DNA from: Candidatus Fermentithermobacillus carboniphilus
GTDB lineage: Bacteria > Bacillota > Sulfobacillia > Fermentithermobacillales > Fermentithermobacillaceae
DNA length: 64,000 nucleotides
Direction of reading: 5' to 3'
NCBI GenBank assembly: GCA_018208355.1
Contig: CP062796.1
Coordinates: 621,217-685,216, forward strand
Position numbers and translations under genes: made by a program. Under the pieces are notes generated by a model, which searched no databases, had not been told where the DNA came from, and was given only the letters and a program-made list of their open reading frames with translations. Numbering within the stretch: position 1 is the first letter of the stretch; the number at the start of each line of letters is the position of its first letter. Below, piece by piece: positions 1-7,646 of the stretch.

Positions 1-859
1 TTTCGTAGATCTTATACTCAAACTCCTTGTTTGCCGCCTTGAGGGCCTTTATTAGGTGCTCGACTTCCAGAACATTGACATCTTCGTCATTGGTGGTGGT
101 ATGGATGAGGAGCGGCGTCTGGAGCTTTTCCGCGTTCCACGCCGGCGAGCGCCTCCTGTATTCCTGCACGTCCTCATAGGCGGTCTTTCCCAGGTGGTAA
201 TCGGCCGAGAAAATGCGCCTGTAAGCTTCGGTCTTGTATCCCATCCGGGCCACAAGGTCGCTAACCGGAACCCCCGCATAAGCTGCTTTGTACGCCTCCG
301 GGTGGTTGAAAATGTTCATCAGGGTTATAAGACCACCGTGGCTCCAGCCCAGTATTCCGACTCGCTCAGGGTCAACCAGAGGTTCATTTTCAACCATCCA
401 GTTCCGTGCCTCATAAGTATCTTCGATCTCGAGGCCACCGTAGTCGATAAGCTTGTAGAATATCTCACCGTATCCCGTACTGCCCCGGTACTCGGGGGCG
501 ATTATGATGTAACCCTGTTCGATGAGTTCTCTGACCACGTTTGCCGAGCTGGTGGAGAAGTTGGCGTGAACTCCTCCGTGGGGAAAGACCAGCAAGGGAT
601 ATTTCCTGCCCGCAACCGCATTTTTAGGTACGAAGGTATAGGCGTGGATCTTGAGAGGGTTGCCCTTATCCTGGGGAGGTTGAGCTAGAGTATTGGCAGG
701 CGGGGGTCCAGTGAACACTACCTTGTCGATGCGGGCGATGTCTCCAACTTTGTTGTACCACAAGAGGTCATCCACCTGCTTCGACAGCGCCAGGAACATG
801 TGCAGCATGCTTTCTTGCTGCCGCTTGAGCTCCTCGATCTGGTTTTGTATGTCCTCCAT
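1..859 (-). CDS. S9-family (prolyl oligopeptidase-like) serine peptidase; 3' end runs off the window
   Basis: Not in the ORF track; manual translation gives MEDIQNQIEELKRQ...YPLLVFPHGG...APEYRGSTGYG...DPERVGILGWSHGG...TPLLIHTTTNDEDV. GWSHGG is the nucleophile elbow; AAAGGAG RBS precedes ATG at 859. Confidence 0.9.
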   Translation of the reverse strand, partial: MEDIQNQIEELKRQQESMLHMFLALSKQVDDLLWYNKVGDIARIDKVVFTGPPPANTLAQPPQDKGNPLKIHAYTFVPKNAVAGRKYPLLVFPHGGVHANFSTSSANVVRELIEQGYIIIAPEYRGSTGYGEIFYKLIDYGGLEIEDTYEARNWMVENEPLVDPERVGILGWSHGGLITLMNIFNHPEAYKAAYAGVPVSDLVARMGYKTEAYRRIFSADYHLGKTAYEDVQEYRRRSPAWNAEKLQTPLLIHTTTNDEDVNVLEVEHLIKALKAANKEFEYKIYE

Positions 860-979
860 CCGGTCCACTCCTTTCCAATTCGTTCGGAAGCCACTGCCAT
901 CCGAACGAAAAACATTTCTACCGCGGAAGTATTCTATAAACCCCACAGACAGTCCTCTCGAAAAACCACCCCGGGGGAG

Positions 980-1267
980 TATCCCGTATTTTGCCCACTC
1001 GCAGGCGAGGGCCCTTGTGACGGTAACCACTCCCCCTTTGGAGGCGTGGTAGACACTGGCACCGGATGTATACGGCATGCCCTCCGCTTTGGTTGATCTG
1101 GTCGGCAGTTTCCTGGTTCTTCTCACTCACGCCGGTGATGCCACTTTGGCGCCAAACCGGGAAAGTCCGATACATATCGCTTTGGCTATGCCTCGCGAAC
1201 CGCCGGTGACGATGGCTACCTTTCCGCTGAGATCAAACAGTTCAGGTCCAACTTCCAACGAAACCAT
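980..1267 (-). pseudogene. Short-chain dehydrogenase/reductase remnant
   Basis: MVSLEVGPELFDLSGKVAIVTGGSRGIAKAIC (TGxxxG), then a frameshift/TGA, a large internal deletion, and ASVYHASKGGVVTVTRALACEWAKYGI (YxxxK). Confidence 0.8.
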
Positions 1268-1459
1268 CTAACCAAGGTCCCCTTTCCATCTGAGTTTGGG
1301 CCAGCGTGCCGGGGAACTACGGCAGTCATCCGCCAACTCCCGGCCCAGACGCTCTAGGATAGCCTTTATGGGGACTCTCCAAATCATGCGGGACGGCACA
1401 CATAGATGAAGCGATAGACTTTCGGACGGTGAAATTGGGACTCTTCTCGCCCGAAGGCC

Positions 1460-3388
1460 TCATGACTTGGGACTCAAGAGAGAACATTCTCTGTGCAGCT
1501 CTCTCACGTCCCAGTGTCTTTTCTCGTAGATCTGGTAGGCCCTGTTCCTGAAAGGTCGGGAGGCATGGAAGTCCCCTATTCCCTCCAGGTAGTTTGAAAG
1601 CCACAGGGCTCCGCAGGCAAGATCTCTCTCAGCCCCTTCTCGCTGAAAGAGGTCTATAGCTCTTTTGCCGTAGTCTATTACCTCTTTGTGCCTGTTCTGT
1701 TTAGACAGGATACAGGCGTTCAAGAGGAAGACCCAGCCTGTCTCAACGTGCGATTTACCGTTCAGGACAGGTGCAGCTTTCTGAAGAAGGGACATGGCTG
1801 CTTCAATCTTTCCTTCGCGTAAATACACTTTGGCCAGCTCAACGGCAGCGTAAGCCCAGTGAGTTGAAAGGTTCTTCTGCTCGTAGATGGCCTGGGCTTT
1901 CAGGAGATATTCGCGGGCCATAGCTGTGTCGTCTTCCCTGTACATCAACATTCCGAGGTTGTGCCAGGCAACCGCCAGGTCGTCCAGTTCCTCGGGAGGG
2001 CACTTCTCGACACAGGAGACGAAGTGAGTTTTCGAAGCCTTCCAGTTGCGTCGCTGGAACTCAATGAGACCGAGCATGAGGTCGATGTGGGATTTGACTT
2101 TCCTCGCTTCAGCGAATTCCTTGTCTGAAGACCATCGCTTGGCCTCTTTCAGGGCATTTTCTGCCTGGTCTAGTTTACCCGCACCGAAATAAGCTGAAGC
2201 CAGGTTTATCAAGAGCTTCCCATAGGTCGGGAGGGGTTCAGGGGTCAAAGAGAGGCCTTTCTTATACCACTGGACGGCTCTGGCATAGTCGTGTTCTGAA
2301 TAAAGATTACCCATGGCAAGACACACCTGTCCCGCCAGGTCGGACAAACCTGCGTCTTCCACGCTTTTCAAGGCATACGCCCCGATTTCTCCCGCGCCAT
2401 TGAGATTGCCGGCTCTTCCCAGACAGCGAATTGCTTCGCACACACACGCGATCCTCTCCTTCGGGTTGTCAAGAGCCGCGTAGACCACGGATGCTTCATG
2501 CCATACTTTGGCCGCGTTGTCCCACAGATTCAGCGATTCAAAAGAACGGGCGCTTTTTCGGAAATGCAAAAGCGCATCCTCGCTCATGCCCGCCTTCACC
2601 ATCTTCTGGGCAAGATCCATCTCGAAGAAAGGACCCTGGTCAGGCAAGGCTTCCATGGCCCTGGAGAGTCTACCGTGGAGCAGTCTTATTTTTTCATAGG
2701 AAAAGATAGAAGAAATCGAAGGGGAAAGGTCTGCCTTCAGATTTATCCTCTTCCCGCCGACATCATCCAACAAGTTCAAAAGCCCTCTTCTTTCAAGATT
2801 TTCAGTCAGCCTGGAGAATTCGTCCGCGGGCATTTCGGTCATGGCCATCACCCAGTCAAGCCTGGCATTGTTCCCGGCCAGGGAGAAAAGGGCGAGAAGT
2901 TCTCTCTCTGCGGGCAAAAGAGACAAGAGGGCCTCCTGAGTAGCCGCCGTCTGCCGCTGGTCCTCGGCTTCGAACTCGTTCAAAAGACGCGAGAGAAAGT
3001 AGGACACCGAGCGTACATCCTGGTCGGTAAGCATGCTCAAAGCCATGTAAAACGAGGTCCTCCGGTTCTCAAGATTCGCCTTTTTGATGAAAAGGTCGAT
3101 TAGGCCCTTGATTTCGAGTCTATGGGGATCCTCGTACAGCGAAATGTCACTTAGGTTTTCTTCTGTCAAACCGTCTTCAGCGAAAAGCCGGGCGATCGGC
3201 ACGTTGAAGAAAGAGGCAATACGGTCCTTATACTCGTCGCTGAGATTTCGCCTGGCACCATTCAACACCAGCGAGAGATATGTATCGGACAGCCCTATCC
3301 TTTCAGCAAGGTCTTTGACCCTGACGTTCCTTTGCGCCATTAGGGTTTTCACGTTCTTGGCAAAGACTTCCAGGCTCGACAACACCAT
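1460..3388 (-). CDS. XRE-HTH + winged-helix-like + TPR transcriptional regulator, putative peptide receptor
   Basis: N-terminal XRE HTH (NVKTLMAQRNVRVKDLAERIGLSDTYLSLVLNGARR); many TPR-like helices (LAMGNLY, LINLASAY, AWHNLGMLMY). Start moved to about 3388 because the longer ORF start overlaps a terminator. Confidence 0.85.
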   Translation of the reverse strand: MVLSSLEVFAKNVKTLMAQRNVRVKDLAERIGLSDTYLSLVLNGARRNLSDEYKDRIASFFNVPIARLFAEDGLTEENLSDISLYEDPHRLEIKGLIDLFIKKANLENRRTSFYMALSMLTDQDVRSVSYFLSRLLNEFEAEDQRQTAATQEALLSLLPAERELLALFSLAGNNARLDWVMAMTEMPADEFSRLTENLERRGLLNLLDDVGGKRINLKADLSPSISSIFSYEKIRLLHGRLSRAMEALPDQGPFFEMDLAQKMVKAGMSEDALLHFRKSARSFESLNLWDNAAKVWHEASVVYAALDNPKERIACVCEAIRCLGRAGNLNGAGEIGAYALKSVEDAGLSDLAGQVCLAMGNLYSEHDYARAVQWYKKGLSLTPEPLPTYGKLLINLASAYFGAGKLDQAENALKEAKRWSSDKEFAEARKVKSHIDLMLGLIEFQRRNWKASKTHFVSCVEKCPPEELDDLAVAWHNLGMLMYREDDTAMAREYLLKAQAIYEQKNLSTHWAYAAVELAKVYLREGKIEAAMSLLQKAAPVLNGKSHVETGWVFLLNACILSKQNRHKEVIDYGKRAIDLFQREGAERDLACGALWLSNYLEGIGDFHASRPFRNRAYQIYEKRHWDVRELHRECSLLSPKS

Positions 3389-3404
3389 CACCCGCCTAAA
3401 CTCT

Positions 3405-3434
3405 AGCCTAACACCGCAGCTCAGAGAGTGTAAA
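3405..3434 (-). promoter_or_regulatory. Putative sigma-A promoter of the HTH-TPR gene
   Basis: TTTACA-N18-TAGGCT with TG at the extended -10 position, just upstream of an AGGCGG RBS-like sequence. Confidence 0.45.
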
Positions 3435-3466
3435 GAAAAAGAAGCACCGGGAAACACTTCCCGGTG
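3432..3466 (-). terminator. Intrinsic terminator after the pro-peptide gene
   Basis: Perfect stem CACCGGGAA-GTGT-TTCCCGGTG followed by CTTCTTTTTCTTT on the minus strand. Confidence 0.85.
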
Positions 3467-3493
3467 TACCGGTCCCTTGCCCACTTTGCCGAC

Positions 3494-3733
3494 CTAGACG
3501 ATGATGATGCTGTTGTTCGCGCCCGGCGGGATTGGGATGGGGATCCCAGGGCCATCATCGCACGTCGTGATGATGATATTGTTGCTACCCGGCGGGATCG
3601 GAATCGGGATTCCGGGACCATCATCGCAGGTGGTTACCGGACGAGCCTTCGGACCGGATATCCCCAGAACCGAGGCGAGCCCCAGGACCACCGCGAGGGT
3701 ACCCAACACCAGCTTGTAGAATGTCCTCTTCAT
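3494..3733 (-). CDS. 79-aa secreted pro-peptide with a duplicated Pro-rich core
   Basis: GGAGG RBS; MKRTFYK plus a hydrophobic helix (signal-peptide-like); two copies of TTCDDGPGIPIPIPPG; downstream terminator. Confidence 0.85.
   Translation of the reverse strand: MKRTFYKLVLGTLAVVLGLASVLGISGPKARPVTTCDDGPGIPIPIPPGSNNIIITTCDDGPGIPIPIPPGANNSIIIV
3497..3634 (-). repeat. Intragenic tandem repeat, 66-nt period
   Basis: 16 codons identical in amino acid, with 9 synonymous differences between copies. Confidence 0.95.
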
Positions 3734-3980
3734 TACGGAACCTCCGTCCATGAGATCGAGTGGAATGTTCCGCTTCGCTGGGACCCTCTATCTATATGGG
3801 CCTTTTGCCGGCAGTTACAAAAAGTGAGGCAGCAACCCGGTGCTGCCTCCAAAAACGGTGGATGCCGGCTGAGTACTCGGCCTCAAGTTGGGTCAACCTT
3901 TGTTTCTACTCCGAACCTCGGAGTTCCTTTAACAGCTTATTTAATTCCTGTTAGTTGATGACAATTGCGAGTTTTGTTTA

Positions 3981-4179
3981 TCTGTCAGAAAACTACGATT
4001 CGTGTTTCACCGTGATTCGATAATTACGGTTTTCTGTCAGTTAATCTACACGGGCGATTTCAAGGTGGCGATTCGAAAATCGGGCCAAAAATATTCTGTG
4101 AGCTAAGATCGACCTTCTGGGCAGAGCCTAATTCCCCGCTCGGTACCGTCGGTTGGACTTTGTGTGCTATTCTGACAGA
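3981..4179. promoter_or_regulatory. Repeated TCTGWCAG(A) pseudo-palindromic boxes, candidate operators
   Basis: TCTGTCAGA at 3981, TCTGTCAGT at 4033, TCTGACAGA at 4171. The first two extend into an inverted repeat CTGTCAGAAAAC...GTTTTCTGTCAG. Confidence 0.4.
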
Positions 4180-4192
4180 GGGCGATCTTTAG

Positions 4193-4363
4193 AGCCTGAG
4201 GAAGCAACTTATTAAACTACGTGAAAAGAATGGGTTGAACCGTGAGGAATTCGTCAAGAAACTCGGCCTTTGCGGAGACTTGGATGGATGCGAAGAGGAG
4301 GTACGAAAAGGAATTTGGGCAAAAGAAAAACGATTGAGAAGTACGGAGGAAGAGCATGGGTAA
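4193..4363 (+). pseudogene. XRE-HTH-like remnant without a start codon
   Basis: Reads LRKQLIKLREKNGLNREEFVKKLGL..., resembling XRE helices 1-2; in-frame TAG immediately upstream. Confidence 0.4.
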
Positions 4364-4909
4364 CGTCGCAATTCTGCTTGATAGCGGGTATCTGAACAAT
4401 GTTCTTAAGAAGTATTACGGAGAAACCCGCTTGGATTACCGTGAATTCGCAGATTGGGTGTGTGATAAGGGTAGTCTCTTCCAGGTTTATTATTATGACT
4501 GCTTGCCTTACCAATCCGCCAATCCGACCCCTGAAGAAGCGCAAATGATATCGAAGAAACAGAAGTTTCTTCAAAGCCTGAGGAAGATAGACAGATTTAC
4601 TGTACGGTTGGGGCGTCTGGAGTACCGTGGTCATACAGATGACGGCAAGCCCATCTTTCAGCAAAAGAGAATTGATCTTCAAATCGGGCTAGATGTCGCA
4701 TCTCTCGTCTTCAATCAAAGGATAGACACTATTGCTATCGTTTCTGGTGACAGCGACTTAATACCGGCCATCGAACTTGCAAAGAATAACGGCATCATTA
4801 TTCGCTTAGTCCACGGCCCAAAACCCACGTACCATCAAGATTTGTAGGATATCGCTGATGAGAGAATGGAGATACTGCTCAAATTGTTGAGAAGATATCC
4901 AAAAAATAG
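4356..4909 (+). pseudogene. NYN (LabA/DUF88, PIN-fold) ribonuclease with a damaged C-terminus
   Basis: AILLDSGYL, QKRIDLQIGLD and IVSGDSDLIPA motifs. TAG at 4845 is followed in frame by DIADERMEI, and in a shifted frame by TAQIVEKISKK-stop at 4909. Confidence 0.75.
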
Positions 4910-4983
4910 AGAAGGCCGCCCGTGGCGGTCTCTCTCGCATAGATACCTGGGCATCCCCATCGGAACGCCAGGGAGTATTGTCA
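4900..4983 (-). ncRNA. Candidate structured small RNA convergent on the NYN gene
   Basis: TTGACT-N19-TAAAAT at 5019-4989, a hairpin at 4943-4978, then a terminator hairpin at 4908-4935 with a T-run on the minus strand. Confidence 0.4.
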
Positions 4984-5157
4984 CCATTATTTTATGCACA
5001 GACTGATGGTTTTAGTCAATACGGAGAAGCGTGAAGGTAAGTCTCCAACGAGAAACAGTTCAGACTCGACGATCTACTTTTGAATTCAAATGGCGGCAAC
5101 TGATTGCAGTCTGTAATCGCGTTGGATTGGCTCCGTGGAGATTTTCCCTGCTAGACA

Positions 5158-5245
5158 TGGTGCCGGGGGCGGGAGTCGAACCCGCACGCGGGGCTACCGC
5201 ACGCGATTTTGAGTCGCGCATGACTGCCAGTTCCATCACCCCGGC
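5158..5245 (-). tRNA. tRNA-Leu(CAA)
   Basis: GCCGGGG acceptor stem, anticodon arm CGCGA-CTCAAAA-TCGCG, long variable arm, GGTTCGACTCC T-arm, encoded CCA. Confidence 0.97.
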
Positions 5246-5477
5246 ACTGACAAGTTGATTTTAGCATGGGAAGTGCCGGTTCACAAGACGGGAGTTACCG
5301 CCAAGTTGCCACCATACCAAGTCGCCGCCAGCAGGCGGGCACGAATGGTATCTGTTTTCAGTAGGCAAGCAACGTATCTCAATCTGCCCTTTCAGAAACG
5401 GTTGAAACAAGAGACCGCCCAAGGAATTGAATAGGACAAGCGCCTTTCTTTGATGCTAAACGGGGAGGTGTCTTTGG

Positions 5478-5618
5478 GTGGACGATAACTGCGAGAAGAC
5501 TTCCTGGGATTTTGGTGGCCTTTGGTGGTGGCTGGCCCACATCGCCATGGTCGTAGTCTCTTTCTGGATCGGGATGAAATTTGCCACAAGGTGTCACGCA
5601 AGCGAAGAGACAAGCTGA
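5478..5618 (+). CDS. 46-aa single-TM small protein
   Basis: Strong GGGGAGGTG RBS, GTG start, MDDNCEKTSWDFGGLWWWLAHIAMVVVSFWIGMKFATRCHASEETS; below the ORF-track cutoff. Confidence 0.6.
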   Translation: MDDNCEKTSWDFGGLWWWLAHIAMVVVSFWIGMKFATRCHASEETS

Positions 5619-5727
5619 TAAAGTCCTATTCCGGTCTTTTAACCAGAAATACATGCCCGCGCCCCGGTTCGGGCCAGGCCTGAGCGTCTGTGCAAATACC
5701 AGAACCGGGGCATTGCCAGGCATGTCC

Positions 5728-6120
5728 TCATAAGTCGATGAAGATGTAGTTTCGTATCCACCTTTTCACTAGAGCCCTAGCTATGAACCTCGTAGGCGGA
5801 AACATCAAGAAAACGCCCGCAATATCGGTGAGAAGTCCCGGGGTAATTAGCAAAACTGCCCCTATAGAGACCAGTACTCCGTCAATTATCTGGTCCCCGG
5901 GAATTCGTCCCTGGTGTACCTCTCGCTTCAGGGCCCGAATGACGCCGTAACCTTCGAGACCGAGGAGAATTCCTCCCAAGATTCCGGTGCCTATTACCAT
6001 GGCAACCGTCCAAAAGGTCCCTATACGTCGCCCGACCTCAATCAGGAGCGCAAGTTCTATAATGGGCAAGATGGTAAACACGAAGATACCGGTCAATACC
6101 AATTTAGCCGTGAACGACAT
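5728..6120 (-). CDS. fxsA: FxsA family membrane protein
   Basis: LPIIELALLIEVG and LLITPGLLTDIAG motifs; GGGGAGG near ATG 6120. Confidence 0.85.
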   Translation of the reverse strand: MSFTAKLVLTGIFVFTILPIIELALLIEVGRRIGTFWTVAMVIGTGILGGILLGLEGYGVIRALKREVHQGRIPGDQIIDGVLVSIGAVLLITPGLLTDIAGVFLMFPPTRFIARALVKRWIRNYIFIDL

Positions 6121-6244
6121 CCTCCCCAGCCCCCGCAGTTTTACGGTCCCCCCGGCGCCGGTGCGCCCCTGATCTGAATTGCCCTCAAATTTCGATAACA
6201 AACGCAAAAATGCCCGTTATCTACAGTGACTCCGGGAATCTGGT

Positions 6245-6358
6245 CTACTCTTCTTTTCTAGTCATTATCTTTATAACCACGTACAATCCTCCCATAACCA
6301 TGAAAATGGTACTCATGGACACCCCAGTTATCCGCAGAGTCTCCCGCAGTACGTCCAT
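6245..6358 (-). CDS. OadG-related small membrane subunit (37 aa)
   Basis: MDVLRETLRITGVSMSTIFMVMGGLYVVIKIMTRKEE; GGGGGAG RBS; directly downstream of oadB. Confidence 0.75.
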   Translation of the reverse strand: MDVLRETLRITGVSMSTIFMVMGGLYVVIKIMTRKEE

Positions 6359-6475
6359 GCTTCTCCCCCGTTTCTTTCAAAGATGAACCGCCTTCAAAAT
6401 GCCTTTGCCGCTCACATCGGGACCATTTTGTAACCCTGCCACACACCTGCCGAAATCAACTCAGTTCAAACTCAA

Positions 6476-7579
6476 TCACTTGACGAGCGCCAGGATCATG
6501 GCTCCCGCTATGACCGAAGCGATCTGACCCGCAACGTTTGCGCCCACCGCCTGCATCAGCACAAAGTTGCCGGGGTCTTCTTTTTGAGCCATCTTTTGCA
6601 CTATCCTTGCAGACATGGGGAATGCCGAGATGCCGCAGGCGCCTATCATCGGGTTAATCTTTTTCTTCAAGAAGAGGTTCAATACCTTCGCGAAAATCAC
6701 TCCGCCCGCCGTATCAAAGACAAACGCCAAAAGGCCCATGCCGATTATTAGAAGGGTCGTAGGTTTGAGAAACTCCGACGCCACCATGGTTGAACCGATG
6801 GTTATGCCCAGGAGGAGCGATACCAGGTTGGTCAGTTCGTTCTGGGCTGCCTTTGACAGCCTTTCGACTACGCCTGACTCTCGCAAGAGATTTCCGAACA
6901 TGAGCGAGCCGACCAGGGCAAGACTTACCGGAGCGACGAGCCCCGCAGCAAGGGTAATAACTATGGGGAAAAGTATCCGGACAGTTTTCGAGACTTTTCG
7001 AGTCTGGCCTGCCGCCATCTTTATGCGCCTTTCTTCGGGGGTAGTCAGCGCCCTAATGACAGGGGGCTGAATGATGGGAACCAAGGACATATAGGAATAC
7101 GCCGCGACCGAGATGGGTGCCAGTAGGTGACGGGCAAACCTCGTGGCTACATAGATAGAAGTCGGACCATCGGCAGCTCCGATAATCCCGATAGACGCGG
7201 CTTCTCTCAGATCGAACCCTGCAAGGACCGCCATTGCCATGGTCAAAAAGATGCCGAACTGAGCGGCCGCACCGAAAAACAGCATGGCTGGCTGTTCCAA
7301 GAGAGGTCCGAAGTCGATCATCGCCCCCACGCCGATGAAGATGAGGAGCGGGAATAATTCCGTCACTATACCTGCATCGTAAAGGGTTGTTAGGAACCCG
7401 TGAGGACCGATCGCCGATGAGCCGGGTATGTTCGAGATGATCGCCCCAAACCCTATTGGAAGCAGGAGAACCGGTTCGTACTCCTTGGCAATTGCGAGGT
7501 AAATGAGGATGAAACCGATGATGATCATCACTACCTGTTGCCATGTGATAGCCAGTAGTCCATAGAATAGCCCGTCCAT
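6476..7579 (-). CDS. oadB: Na+-translocating decarboxylase beta subunit family protein
   Basis: EPVLLLPIGFG, GIIGAADGPTSIY, VAAYSYMSLVPIIQPP, GANVAGQI. Confidence 0.92.
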   Translation of the reverse strand: MDGLFYGLLAITWQQVVMIIIGFILIYLAIAKEYEPVLLLPIGFGAIISNIPGSSAIGPHGFLTTLYDAGIVTELFPLLIFIGVGAMIDFGPLLEQPAMLFFGAAAQFGIFLTMAMAVLAGFDLREAASIGIIGAADGPTSIYVATRFARHLLAPISVAAYSYMSLVPIIQPPVIRALTTPEERRIKMAAGQTRKVSKTVRILFPIVITLAAGLVAPVSLALVGSLMFGNLLRESGVVERLSKAAQNELTNLVSLLLGITIGSTMVASEFLKPTTLLIIGMGLLAFVFDTAGGVIFAKVLNLFLKKKINPMIGACGISAFPMSARIVQKMAQKEDPGNFVLMQAVGANVAGQIASVIAGAMILALVK

Positions 7580-7646
7580 CAAGATTCCTCCCCCTGTATA
7601 CGTTGGATGTTACGCTCAAGGTCTTTACAAGCGCCGAAGCCCTTCC

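Noticed and set aside
56-1096. Plus-strand ORFs of 210, 119 and 98 aa
   Set aside because: Antisense shadows of the S9 peptidase and SDR remnant.
1306-1314. GTGCCGGGG matching the tRNA-Leu 3' end as a possible att site
   Set aside because: Only 9 GC-rich bases; compatible with chance.
3497-3634. Repeat as a CRISPR array or AgrD precursor
   Set aside because: Only two coding copies, no spacers and no cas genes. TTCD resembles AIP-I STCD, but there is no agrB/C/A in the window and no acidic AgrD tail.
3464-3958. Plus-strand ORFs with DDD/RRD repeats over the peptide gene
   Set aside because: The substitutions between repeats are all synonymous in the minus-strand frame, which also has the RBS, signal peptide and terminator.
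4845-4847. TAG read-through (pyrrolysine) in NYN
   Set aside because: A second lesion (frameshift) follows and no pyl genes are visible; decay is simpler.
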